DNA of 64,000 bases, from NCBI GenBank assembly GCA_020184695.1, contig JAANOX010000207.1, positions 124,001 through 188,000 on the forward strand, given 5' to 3'. The notes below the pieces were generated by a model. That model was not told the origin of the DNA, did not search any database, and was given only the letters and a program-made list of their open reading frames with translations. The DNA comes from Histomonas meleagridis 2922-C6/04-290x. Taxonomy: Eukaryota; Protista; Parabasalia. Shown here piece after piece: positions 11,481 to 22,488 of the stretch. Made by a program: the position numbers and the translations under genes. The stretch's first letter is position 1. Every line of letters starts with the position of its first letter.

Positions 11481-11858
11481 ATGGGAGAAATACAAAGGAT
11501 CGGCACAAACTTGTTCTGGTTTGGATTCGTCGTGTTTTTGATTGGCTTCATCACAATGAAACCGAGGATTTTGGTTTCATCCAACGTACAAATATTATTA
11601 GGTTTGCTATTGTCAAATGGATTCCAACAATTTTTCAAATATTTGTTCAAAGTTGAAAGACTAAAGGGAACAGCAGTGTTTTTCATTGGGCTTGTTCTTA
11701 TTGTTTTGAAAATGACATTTCCTGGTGCAATATGTGAATTGGTAGGAGGATATTGGTTATTCGGCGGATTTATACCAATTGTTCTTAAGTTCCTAGGAAA
11801 TGTTCCAATAATTTCGAGATTAATTCCATCATCAATGAGAAAGGAAGATCTGGATTAA
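11481..11858 (+). CDS. GOT1: Got1/Sft2-like vesicle transport protein
   Basis: Four hydrophobic helices, RLKGTAVFFIG, LFGGFIP..LKFL..VPII pattern. Confidence 0.82.
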   Translation: MGEIQRIGTNLFWFGFVVFLIGFITMKPRILVSSNVQILLGLLLSNGFQQFFKYLFKVERLKGTAVFFIGLVLIVLKMTFPGAICELVGGYWLFGGFIPIVLKFLGNVPIISRLIPSSMRKEDLD

Positions 11859-12331
11859 ATCCTTCAAACTATCAGAGTAAAATATAATTTAAGAACACAA
11901 TGAACTATTTCTTTTATTCACGTGAATATTTTGATTTATGTTATTTTTTAATTATTTTAAAATATTTAACAAAAATAGATTAATTCTTAAGTTGTTTGTA
12001 CAACCAAATTTTTCTCAAAGTAAAAAACTTAAGCAATGTCACAGGCTTGTAGAGAACTTTAAACTAAGCATAAATAATATCCATAAAAAAAGTTTCCTAA
12101 GATTAGTTGAGACGAATTCATAAAAAACATAAATAAAAAGTCAACGGATAAGAACATTAAGTTAATTGGCTCTGTCTAAAATCATGGTGAACTTGATCAC
12201 GCAACTATAGAACGATAAGCGATATTTTTATGAACAAACCGATTTATTTTCAATTCATAACCTCTACGATATCCATCGTCCTACTGATTTGGGTAAATTC
12301 AATGATTTACAAAAATGTCAGAACAACCCCA

Positions 12332-13654
12332 ATGCTTTCCGAGGAAGAATACCAAATTCTTCAACAAAAAATAGATGCTGAAATAGAAAAACAACAAAAC
12401 CTTGAAAGACAAGTAGATAGATATAAAAAAGACATTGAAGCTGCAGAAATCGTGAAATCACTTATTGAAAATGCTCTTGCTGAAAAAACATCACAAGAAC
12501 AAGAATTCAAGCAAAAGATTGCAAAGCTTGAGGAAAGCATTGCATCTCCTGAACGCCATGGTTCACCAGAAACTCGTAAAGAAATTGAATCTCTTGAAGC
12601 AGAACTTAAAAATCTCGAAAATGTTTTAGGAGACCTTGTTGATAAGATTGAAATTAATCAAAACCTTCTTTACAAATATGAAACCAAAGTTAACGAAGCA
12701 CAAGATCGTGAAGAACCACTTAGCCGGAAATTAGTATATTATGAAAACATATGCGAACGCTTTGACATAATCCGGCAAAAAATCCCCAAAGTTGCTCCAA
12801 TGATGCTTCATGTTTTCGAATTCCAAAAAATTATTGAAGATCTAAAAGCACTAGTTTCTGATGTTAAATCACAGATTCATTTTTCAGAATCTAATGCCAA
12901 AAAATACGCTGATGAAAACTCTTCTAAATCGACAAAGTTGCAACAATTAATTGATTCATCTTCATCTCTTTCTGAAGAACTTCAAACATGTGAAGCCAAA
13001 CGCCGTAACATATTTACTGAGCTTTCCCTTATTACTACCCAATGCGATTCCCTTTCATTAGAACAAAAAGATTTTGAAGCGCAATGGGAAAATAAACGGT
13101 CGTCAATCTTACATCAATTAAAAACCGAAAACGATGAACTTTTTAAACTGAAAAGCCGTTCTTCAGAACTTGATTCTTTAATATCACATTTTCCCGAAAT
13201 TTCTGCATCTGCTACTGAAGAACAAGAGTTGCTAATCTCCAAGAAGAGGCAACTTCTTAATGAAATTGATCTTAAGATCAAATCACTAGTTCGAGATCTT
13301 TGCAAAGCACATAATGAATCGAAAGAAGTCATAGATATTTCAACAGAACTTGGTAAATATCTTAGCGAACAACAAAAGCTACAAGACACTGCTGATGAAA
13401 TCGAAAAAAATCTTCATTCATTACAAGATACAATTGAACGTAAACGTACCGCTTGTAGTGAACTAAAGGAAAGGAAATACAAACCGAACGCACGCGCAGG
13501 AATGCAACACTTAGAGGAACTATATGCAATTGTTGTTGGAGAGAACAAACAAATGGGAAACACAGTTCGAAAGCTCCAAAGAGATATCGACATTTTAGAG
13601 GCAGAGGAGATACAGTTCAAAAGAGAAATGAGCGCAAAAGGGTTAAGTCTCTAA
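12332..13654 (+). CDS. Long coiled-coil protein of unknown function
   Basis: Heptad-rich E/K/L/Q sequence; the first 34 codons of the track ORF look non-coding, so the start (12332) is uncertain. Confidence 0.75.
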   Translation: MLSEEEYQILQQKIDAEIEKQQNLERQVDRYKKDIEAAEIVKSLIENALAEKTSQEQEFKQKIAKLEESIASPERHGSPETRKEIESLEAELKNLENVLGDLVDKIEINQNLLYKYETKVNEAQDREEPLSRKLVYYENICERFDIIRQKIPKVAPMMLHVFEFQKIIEDLKALVSDVKSQIHFSESNAKKYADENSSKSTKLQQLIDSSSSLSEELQTCEAKRRNIFTELSLITTQCDSLSLEQKDFEAQWENKRSSILHQLKTENDELFKLKSRSSELDSLISHFPEISASATEEQELLISKKRQLLNEIDLKIKSLVRDLCKAHNESKEVIDISTELGKYLSEQQKLQDTADEIEKNLHSLQDTIERKRTACSELKERKYKPNARAGMQHLEELYAIVVGENKQMGNTVRKLQRDIDILEAEEIQFKREMSAKGLSL

Positions 13655-13954
13655 GGACACAATTTTTATGTTTTTGTTGATTGGAATAAAAATTGTTTAA
13701 CGATAGAGAATTTGAAAGGAAACCGTTTAAAACACCATCTTTCATTGAATTTCCTATCGTTTATTGCAGATTTTTTAAATTAATAAAAATAAATAAAGAT
13801 GAATAAACAAAACTAAATTTGATCAAGTTATCAATATTACAAGTTGACGTAATGAGGAAATTCCCAATGGATTTATGTTTTACCTTTTTCTTCTTTTGTT
13901 TCATTGTGCTGTTTATTTCTGTGGAAATAACGGTTATTTCTTAAACAGCGTCCA

Positions 13955-15859
13955 ATGCTCCGGTTTTGTCACTGCCTTTGCAGCAAAGAGTATGATGCTT
14001 TGACACGAGTGAGTGCTTGTTACCCTACAGATGGACGTTCGGATCCTGTTGCTGCAAGAGTTCGTGAATTAATTCATTGGGGAACTCATGACATTTCCAG
14101 ACTAAGTTCCATTCACGATATCCTTGCAGAAAGGATTCGGCGCGACATTGCTCATAACAAAGTTAATTCAGTTGCTGTTGGAATCAAAATTCTTTGTCGT
14201 TTACTCGAAGATGTCTCAGAGATCAATTTAAACATATCAGATTCACTTACATCATCTATACTATTACTTATCAAGACCAAAAACATAAGTCTTATCGAGA
14301 TTGCAAATTGTGCGATAACAATTCTCCTCAAGAATACGCAACAAGTTTCCTTATCCAAGCCAGTTAATTTAATTGTCCGTGAATATCTTAAACTTTGCAG
14401 TGATGAATCCGTTTCTGATGTTGCATATCAATCATTATCAGAAATGATCACTCAAACATCAATTAACCTTATTCCAATCGAAGAGGTTCTTCGAGAAATA
14501 AAAGATGAGATCGGAAGTAACAACAACGCGAGAGATATTCTTGCTTCACTTGCTAAAAGTACTGTTCCATTATCTCTTCCAACTTTCTCGGAAGCTATTT
14601 TCCGCTTCTTCGATGAAACTGATATGTGGTCGGACGCCACCGACCTCAGCTCTTTCATGTTGGTACTGTTCACCGAGATGGGCGACGTCTGCACGCCGCC
14701 TTTCTTTCGTCTTTGGCTTGAGCATCTCATCCCTCAAACCGCTGACAACCGCCATTCCCTCACAATTATTACGGTTGCCGGGCGGTTGATGGAAAGCATA
14801 CCAAGCAGCAAATTACTATCAACAACACAGACAGACCCTCTCCTGATGATCTTTTCCTTCATCCTCAAGGTCCCTTCTCTCCAAATTGAAAATAAGAAGG
14901 AGATTTATGATCTTTCATTTAATCTTGCTCGGTCTATTTCTACAAACTTTGATCAATCAGAGCTTGCAAAAGAAGCGCACAGTCAAATATGGAAGACACT
15001 TCCAGTAGAGACCACATCTGAATATGATGATGATCAAATCGAACTTATATTCAAGTTTGCTACCCTATTCAATGAGGCTATTCCGCATTCCCTCAACAAG
15101 GAGATGGTCAACTCCAGTCTTAATTGTGTTTACAGGTTTCTCATTTCGCGAAAGAAACATGCGGAAATAATTTTCACATCCATTCTTCACCACCTCAAAA
15201 GCCTTATTCGATCTCATAAGTTCTGTCGTTTTGGGTGCGTTCTACCTTTTCTTTTTGCACTCCAAGATTATACAATTCAAAATCACAAGTTAAAAATTCA
15301 ACTTCCATTACACACGTTCATCATATGCGCTATGTTTGATGCGGTGAAAGAAGGCCCCTCCAAAATATTACACTATGTCAACGAAATCGCTAAAAAACGA
15401 ATTGAGAGCAAACCGCCGATGATCGATACGACCTTAACGTTCGCCAAGAAGTACTTTCCAAAAGCGAAAAAGCTTAAGAAGTCTTCCAAACTTCCTAAGG
15501 AGATCACGTTGATTGATCTTGACCATGTATTTAATGATGCCGAGTTTCATCGTAAAGAAAAGAAACAATTCAAACAGACAATGATTGATATCGTTAAAGA
15601 TGACGATGACGTAGAAACTGAAACTGAAGAAGAAGAAAATGATGAGTTTCATGAGTCCGAAGATATCCCAATGATTGTGTATCAACAAGGTGAAGAAAGT
15701 GGCGAAGAAGAAAATGCAGAAGTTTTGGTCGAGGATAACAGATCAAAGAAGGAAAAAAAGAAGGCAAAGAAGTCCGCGATAAAGAACGCTGTCGTGATGG
15801 AGTTGAAAGAAGGTGCAGTACTTTCAACAATTCCGAACTTCCAAATTTCAGCTTTGTGA
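13955..15859 (+). CDS. EFR3: EFR3-like PI4KIIIalpha plasma-membrane scaffold
   Basis: N-terminal Cys cluster (FCHCLC), ..CYP.....ELIHW....L..I...LAERIRRD pattern, helical repeat body, acidic C-terminal region. Confidence 0.72.
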   Translation: MLRFCHCLCSKEYDALTRVSACYPTDGRSDPVAARVRELIHWGTHDISRLSSIHDILAERIRRDIAHNKVNSVAVGIKILCRLLEDVSEINLNISDSLTSSILLLIKTKNISLIEIANCAITILLKNTQQVSLSKPVNLIVREYLKLCSDESVSDVAYQSLSEMITQTSINLIPIEEVLREIKDEIGSNNNARDILASLAKSTVPLSLPTFSEAIFRFFDETDMWSDATDLSSFMLVLFTEMGDVCTPPFFRLWLEHLIPQTADNRHSLTIITVAGRLMESIPSSKLLSTTQTDPLLMIFSFILKVPSLQIENKKEIYDLSFNLARSISTNFDQSELAKEAHSQIWKTLPVETTSEYDDDQIELIFKFATLFNEAIPHSLNKEMVNSSLNCVYRFLISRKKHAEIIFTSILHHLKSLIRSHKFCRFGCVLPFLFALQDYTIQNHKLKIQLPLHTFIICAMFDAVKEGPSKILHYVNEIAKKRIESKPPMIDTTLTFAKKYFPKAKKLKKSSKLPKEITLIDLDHVFNDAEFHRKEKKQFKQTMIDIVKDDDDVETETEEEENDEFHESEDIPMIVYQQGEESGEEENAEVLVEDNRSKKEKKKAKKSAIKNAVVMELKEGAVLSTIPNFQISAL

Positions 15860-16305
15860 ATAAACATTTGATTGGTCAATTTTTGATAAAGCACTCAATT
15901 TATTGGATTTGTTTGATTTTTTGAGCAAAAGTGAGTTTTTAATTAAAGCAAAAAGATAAACATTTTGGATATCATTTTACAACATGGATGACCTCATCAA
16001 AAAATTCCATATGCCTCATATCTTTAGTTAGTTCTTCTGATAATTAAATGAAATATAAAGATTACAAATTTATAACAATTTTATGTTCAATCATCATTTC
16101 AATAAGATAGTGTGATTCATAAGTGAATTTGTTAGTAAGTAAATTTGCAAATACTTAAATATTTTTAATATGTATTTTAGATTTTCTTCTAATTTTTCAA
16201 TGAATATGCAAAAATGGTGAAAATTTATCGTTTGGGGTGTACCTTTGATATCCACTTTTTGATACGTTTATCTATCGATCATTACCAGCTCATTAGCCAA
16301 ATATC

Positions 16306-17328
16306 ATGATATTCTGCATCTTTTTGTTCATTGAGCAATATGCTTTTCCATACTTTGTGCTTACCCCAGAGAACTTTAACAGAACAATCAATAATCCAAT
16401 TCCAACAATTGTTCGCTATTATTCAGCACATCGACGTTATTCTCTTGCTCTTGATGAACAATACGATATCCTATCTCAGATGTTTGAAGGCGTTGATGGC
16501 ATTCGTGTTGCTGTCATGAATTGTGGAAAGTATCGTCATTTTTGTTATGAACAAGGCATATCAATGACTCCTGTTGTCAAGCTTTACACACAAGATGCTG
16601 TTCACACGTATGACGGTGGTATGTCACATGAATCTATTGCCAGATGGGCCACTGCAATAACAGGAGTTCATCCAATTGAAATCATCCAAACACTTCTTCA
16701 ACCCAATGGCCGTGTATTCAAAGAGCTTCTTAACAAGACCCATTGCGTTTTTGTTATGTTTTACAATCCATGGTGTGTTTCATGCAAGAAATTTTTACCT
16801 TCAATGCGTGAAGTAGCCGAAGCTTTCAAGTATGATGATCGAGTTCAGATTGTAGCCAATGATGTTGACCTTTACAAGTTCTACAATTGGGATTATGATC
16901 TCAAATTATTCCCTGATCTTCGACTTTATTGTCACGATGAGTCAGATTACATTACATACAGTGGGAAGAAGACCGCTGAAGATCTCATAGACTTCATTAA
17001 CGATTATTGCGGAACACAACGCGGTCTTAACGGTCGCCTCAATAGTGAAGCAGGAATTATTGATGAGGTATCACAGACAGTTGAAGACTTTATCACCAAA
17101 GGAAAGAAACAAATGTACTTAAACGAGATGAAACAAGTCGAAGGAACGAAATATTACCAATGGGTGATGGAAGAAATCATTCAAAAGGGCGAAAAATTTG
17201 TTGCAGAAGAAAGAGAAAGATTAAACAAATTACTCGACTCTGGAACATTAGCACCGGATAAAATAGATGAATTCCAGATCAGAGTCAACATTTTGGGCGT
17301 GTTCGCTTCGTATATAGATGATGAGTGA
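16306..17328 (+). CDS. Protein disulfide isomerase family (two thioredoxin domains plus ERp29-type C-terminal domain)
   Basis: Signal peptide; first Trx domain lacks CxxC; second has WCVSC; C-terminal FINDYCGTQR..NGRL...ERERLNKLL...RVNILGVF. Confidence 0.85.
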   Translation: MIFCIFLFIEQYAFPYFVLTPENFNRTINNPIPTIVRYYSAHRRYSLALDEQYDILSQMFEGVDGIRVAVMNCGKYRHFCYEQGISMTPVVKLYTQDAVHTYDGGMSHESIARWATAITGVHPIEIIQTLLQPNGRVFKELLNKTHCVFVMFYNPWCVSCKKFLPSMREVAEAFKYDDRVQIVANDVDLYKFYNWDYDLKLFPDLRLYCHDESDYITYSGKKTAEDLIDFINDYCGTQRGLNGRLNSEAGIIDEVSQTVEDFITKGKKQMYLNEMKQVEGTKYYQWVMEEIIQKGEKFVAEERERLNKLLDSGTLAPDKIDEFQIRVNILGVFASYIDDE

Positions 17329-17499
17329 ATATATTTCAATAAAAAATGTATTTGGAAATTTAATATATATACAACGAAATTTATAGCAATGAACGTAATT
17401 ATAAATGCTGAGCTTATCTATAGAAGTAATCTCTTTTGTTAAATTAATGATATCTTTGAATATGAATAAATTAGAATCATGATCACTTACACAAGTATA

Positions 17500-17750
17500 A
17501 CTCCTTCTTCCCAAGACAACAAATGTTTAAAACATTTAACTGATCCAAAAAATGCTGCATAATCAAGTAATGAAACATTTTATTTATTAATAAAAGAACA
17601 TCTTTCATAAAGTGATGGTTTAATTATTTGATCTAAATCAAAATCATTTTGCAAAGATATTTCTTGAGGTTTTTCGATTTCATCATTTCGAATTATTTTC
17701 GCAATTTCATTTGGATTAACTCCTTCTTTACATATTAAACCAAATATCTA
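17500..17750 (-). pseudogene. DUF3447-ankyrin family fragment
   Basis: EGVNPNEIAKIIRNDEI..PSLYERCSFIN*..DYAAFFGSVKCF with an internal stop and truncated ends. Confidence 0.8.
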
Positions 17751-18200
17751 TATTGTGAGCAAACAGCATTTATAACTATTGAATAGTTGAGAAAAAAATC
17801 ATAAAAAAACCAATCAAAGAAACTGTTTATTACAATTAATTACTGAATTTGAAATAATCATTCACTAAATAGATTGAATTGTAAAAGAATCATTGATTAC
17901 AATATCGGTTCGTATTCTAATATTTTTTAGTCAATATTTACAAATAATCTAATAAAACTATTTTTATTAAAAAAGCAAACTTCTATTCATTCCAAATGTG
18001 ATAAATGGTTGTGTTAATTTTGTATCACCACTTTTTGTGATACAAATTCTGAGTCTGTACGTTAAGCGAAACTTCTGAGCTTTACATCGCCTTTTTCGGC
18101 ATTTTCAACTACCTTTAACCGTAAAGTTTAATTCAATTCCCAAAATTTCCCAAATTTTCCCTCTCAATTTTTCAGTGCCGTATTCAGTTTGTTCTTTGGC

Positions 18201-19229
18201 ATGCAACAGCTCGAACTCAAGGAGATTGTCTTTCAGATCATCATGAGTTACCAAAGAAATGAATCTCACTGCTTTCAAGTGCTGCAAGACCCAAAGATCA
18301 AACAACTCATCAAATCTGCGACATCGCAGTTTGATCGAGAACCAATCCTTAAAACTCTAAACGGGTCGTTTGTAGTTGTTGGTGATCTTCACGGTGACCT
18401 TGGCTGCCTGTTTAGAGTTTTCCAAAGATTTGGATATCCCCCTGATACCTCTTATGTTTTTCTTGGTGATTACGTTGACAGGGGAAAAAATTCTTTGGAA
18501 GTCATTATTCTTTTGTTATCGATTAAACTGCTATTTCCCGATAATATTCATCTTCTTAGGGGAAATCATGAATCGAAACAGACAACAAAAAAGTATGGCT
18601 TTCGCAGTGATTGCGAAGCTTTTATTGATAACAGATCATATCGGCTATTTTTAAAATGTTTTTCTTATATGCCGTTAGCCGCTATAATAAACAATTCTAT
18701 ATTCTGCGTTCACGGCGGAATTTCGCAGGGTATAACCGAAGTTGCTGAAATAGAGCAACTTCAAAGACCAATTAACAGATTTAACAATGAGATATTTGTT
18801 GACTTATTATGGAGTGACCCAAGCGAAGAAATTGATTTTTTCGATGAGGGCGAAAGAGGTATTGGACATCTCTTTGGGGCAGAGGCTTTAGATCAATTTC
18901 TTCAAGACAATAATTTCAAGATGCTAATTCGTGGCCACGAATGCCCGCAACAGGGCTACTGTTATTCTTTTAAGAACAGAAACTGTTTAACTGTTTTCTC
19001 TGCAACAAATTACTGCAGTCAGTCAAATGATTCATCTGTTGCCGTAATCAACGGAGAAAATGTGGACGTTGTTTTGTTCCAATATAAATGTCAAAACGAC
19101 AGTAAACACATTATATTAACACCCGATTGGATCAAAGGCGAATTTGAAATGAAAGATCCAATCGACCAATCTATTGTGCATGAACTTCTAAGTCCAACAC
19201 TTGGAACAATCCCCACAATTATTATATAG
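18201..19229 (+). CDS. PPP-family (PP1-like) Ser/Thr protein phosphatase
   Basis: GDLHG, GDYVDRG, RGNHE, HGG, DLLWSDP, RGHE, FSATNYC motifs; first ATG 18201. Confidence 0.93.
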   Translation: MQQLELKEIVFQIIMSYQRNESHCFQVLQDPKIKQLIKSATSQFDREPILKTLNGSFVVVGDLHGDLGCLFRVFQRFGYPPDTSYVFLGDYVDRGKNSLEVIILLLSIKLLFPDNIHLLRGNHESKQTTKKYGFRSDCEAFIDNRSYRLFLKCFSYMPLAAIINNSIFCVHGGISQGITEVAEIEQLQRPINRFNNEIFVDLLWSDPSEEIDFFDEGERGIGHLFGAEALDQFLQDNNFKMLIRGHECPQQGYCYSFKNRNCLTVFSATNYCSQSNDSSVAVINGENVDVVLFQYKCQNDSKHIILTPDWIKGEFEMKDPIDQSIVHELLSPTLGTIPTIII

Positions 19230-20162
19230 ATAGATAAATAAATATAGAATTCAAGCATCTCAGGATGTAATCAAACGGAACTTTAATGCGGCAGAAATTG
19301 AATGATAGCCGCTGAAAATAAACTTTTTAATTTAAATAAACGAATTATTTTGAATCTGTTTCGGTTATTTAAATGTGTACACATTTCAAACTGTTTGAAT
19401 ACTTATCGTATTTTTATGACGACAGTTGCATGTGAAATTTTGTTTTGTGTTGAAATCGATCGTTTTGGATTGGCTGCCTTTGGTGCAATCACATAATTTT
19501 GCCATCATCATCAATAACCTATTATTATGTTCAGCTACTATTGAAAACGCAGGTGATTCAATTCTAACAGCGAACTCTATGAACAATTGGATAAGGGGAC
19601 ACCAGAACGTTTTTTTTTCGCTTTAAATTAATTAGTTTGGACTTAAAATTCAAGTAAACTATCGAATTAAAGTGAAAATGGAATTATATAAAATGATTTA
19701 AATATAATAGGCCATTATTTTTACAAAAAATATATATAAATTCACAAAAAGGGCCGTGCAATGTTGGTTCTTATAAAAATATCTTTTGTAGAAATGAATT
19801 TGTTGATTTAAAACATGTTTTTCATTCAAGTAAAAATTACTATTCTTTTCTGTAAGAATAAATTGTAGCGTATGCATTAAACAAATATTAATCAACAGAT
19901 TTGAAAGTTTATTAATTTTATATTTAAATAATTTTTATGAGCATAAAATGGCATATTCGGATATACAAATTTTTTGATTCAATTTTCATGGGCGCAATCC
20001 GTTAAAAAATTAAAAAAAATTCTTTTTCTGAGTATAAAGTAGTCAATATTTTAATGCATGTGACCGTTTTAGCTGTGGAAATACGTTATAAGCGATAGCC
20101 CTCCCTTAACGATCGATTGCTTTCGAAATGATTTGACTTCGTGCATCGTTTTACAGTTTAAT

Positions 20163-21806
20163 ATGCTGCAAATGATTATCGTACCAAGTATATTGATAGT
20201 TACATTTGGCAGAGATGCTTCATGTATTGCAAATAATTCAGATTTACATCAATCAAATTTTAAAATTTCGAAAGATTTTTTTCGATACTTCAAACACAAT
20301 AAAACACAAAATAATCTATTAGAAGAAAAAAACAAAAAAGTGTATGATAAGTATAACAAAAATTCTTTTTCTAACTTACAAACATCTAATTTAAATGAAA
20401 ATTTTCGTTTAATTTTCAACAAAAATAATGATAAAATCGATGACATTGATATACAAATGAATAATAGGAACGAAAAACATCTTGCGGCAGACGATACAAT
20501 TTCGTTTGAGCTTATTTCTTATGGAAGATTCCAAAACGGTGACAAATTTGGCTTTACAATTGTTGATGCACCCAGGAGTGACATGGAACTTAAGTACATA
20601 AATAAGCAATGCACTTGGAGTAATGATATGATACGAACTGGTATTTATTTTGAAGATCGAGATGAAACAATAACCTTTTCTGTATATTATCCATATTTTT
20701 CAGATGTGAATTCACAAGGATATAAAATTATTAATACTAATGTAGTGCAAACATCATCAGCAAAGGAACAATTAAACATCCTTGCAGGCGAAACATTTAC
20801 TTATTACGGAATGGAAAGAACTCAAATTCAAGTGTATACGATAACGCCAATTCTTGAAATTACAATTCAACTTGGATCTGGATTCGATCCGAATGAAATA
20901 TCATCAACGAATTGGCGATTTTATATTAGTGGATTAAAGCACGAAGGCACATTTAATGTTAAGACACGTGCAGTCAGTGCTGATTCCAATGCAAGTATTA
21001 TCAATGATTATGAAATTACGAATGGAGAATATACGAATGATGTTTCACGAGGCACAAGAGTTTATAATGTATATGCTCTTGCACAAAAATATGAAGAATT
21101 AACACTTAAAGCAACAATAAATGGAGAAACATTTTATAAACGATATGATTCTGCTGAAATTAAAACTCTATACATATATCATTATAATTTTACTTTGATT
21201 AAACCAACAAATACATTTACTAAGTCGAATTCATTTACTAAATCAAATACATTTACTAAATCAAATACATTTTATGAAACATTTCTAAACAGTGAATCTT
21301 TAACTTATTCATTTGTATTAATTCAAACTATAACAAATACGAAAACACTTCTTATTAATACATTTTTTTCGCAATCATTATATTTAACATTTAGTAATTT
21401 AAATCGTTATTTCACGTATTCAGAATTCATATTTTATAAATATACAATTATTCAATATTTAATTTCATATTCATTTTATTCGAAATATTATTTTATTATC
21501 AACGAAAACGAAGAAAATGTTCAAAATGATAATGAACATAATATTATTATAATTATTTGTGTTGTTATTATTGTTATAATCATTGTTTGTTTTATTCTTA
21601 TTCTTTATATTTATCGCCGAAAACATCAAAAAAATTCACCATCATTTGACGAAAACGAAATGAACGAAGAAAATGACAAAAATTATCAAAATGAAGAAAA
21701 TGTTATCGATCACAAAATCATAAACATTCACATGAATCATATTGAAGAAGATCCATTTGCGAATGATTTCCAAGATAATGAATTTGATAATCACATTCAA
21801 ATATAA
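20163..21806 (+). CDS. Type I surface protein with SNTFT stalk, TM helix and EEDPFANDF tail
   Basis: N-terminal hydrophobic segment, (TKSNTF)n repeats, TM IIIIICVVIIVIIIVCFILILYIY, basic stop-transfer; first ATG 20163. Confidence 0.8.
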   Translation: MLQMIIVPSILIVTFGRDASCIANNSDLHQSNFKISKDFFRYFKHNKTQNNLLEEKNKKVYDKYNKNSFSNLQTSNLNENFRLIFNKNNDKIDDIDIQMNNRNEKHLAADDTISFELISYGRFQNGDKFGFTIVDAPRSDMELKYINKQCTWSNDMIRTGIYFEDRDETITFSVYYPYFSDVNSQGYKIINTNVVQTSSAKEQLNILAGETFTYYGMERTQIQVYTITPILEITIQLGSGFDPNEISSTNWRFYISGLKHEGTFNVKTRAVSADSNASIINDYEITNGEYTNDVSRGTRVYNVYALAQKYEELTLKATINGETFYKRYDSAEIKTLYIYHYNFTLIKPTNTFTKSNSFTKSNTFTKSNTFYETFLNSESLTYSFVLIQTITNTKTLLINTFFSQSLYLTFSNLNRYFTYSEFIFYKYTIIQYLISYSFYSKYYFIINENEENVQNDNEHNIIIIICVVIIVIIIVCFILILYIYRRKHQKNSPSFDENEMNEENDKNYQNEENVIDHKIINIHMNHIEEDPFANDFQDNEFDNHIQI

Positions 21807-22488
21807 ATAATTTTTAATTATATCATTCATCAATGTTTATATAAATTATGAATTTCTTTATTTGACATATTCTTTACACAGTCGAATTCATTATCATTTT
21901 TATTTAATTTTTACTAAATATAACAAATTCTGTTTTACATTTAATGTTAACATTGAAATATTAAAATATTTTCGCACATTCAAAAACGATAGATATTAAT
22001 GCAGCATTTTTGAGGTTGTTACGAATATTCTCAAAACTGTTTGAAGTGATCAAATTGGTAAAAATATATCAAACTTATTATGTACATTTCATAAAACTCT
22101 CGTAAATTTCAAATGGTGAATGAAAATTGAAGATATTAAAACTTGAATATATTTTTATGTTTGATATGGTAAATTTGAATAAATTCTTTATTCGAGCCAA
22201 ATAGTTTTATATCATTTTTTTTTTTCTGTCTGATAATTTCACCTTAAATTATTCGATTGATTTCTATGGTTATCGTAACAACTGCAGAGGAGAAGAATCC
22301 AAATTCACACATCTCAAAGATAATGTCAAAGAATCGTTCATATAGTGAAGAAAAAACAACAATTGTTGTGATTTCATTGACAATGTTCGAAAATCGAGGT
22401 GTAGAAGAAAAAGAAAGAAGAAGCAACTAATTTTATTCAAAATGACATTAATAACGGAAAATATTACAAAATAATCACTTAAGTAAAT

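Noticed and set aside
22244-22426. 60-aa ORF downstream of SAS-6
   Set aside because: No ATG start (TTG), stops immediately upstream, no identifiable family
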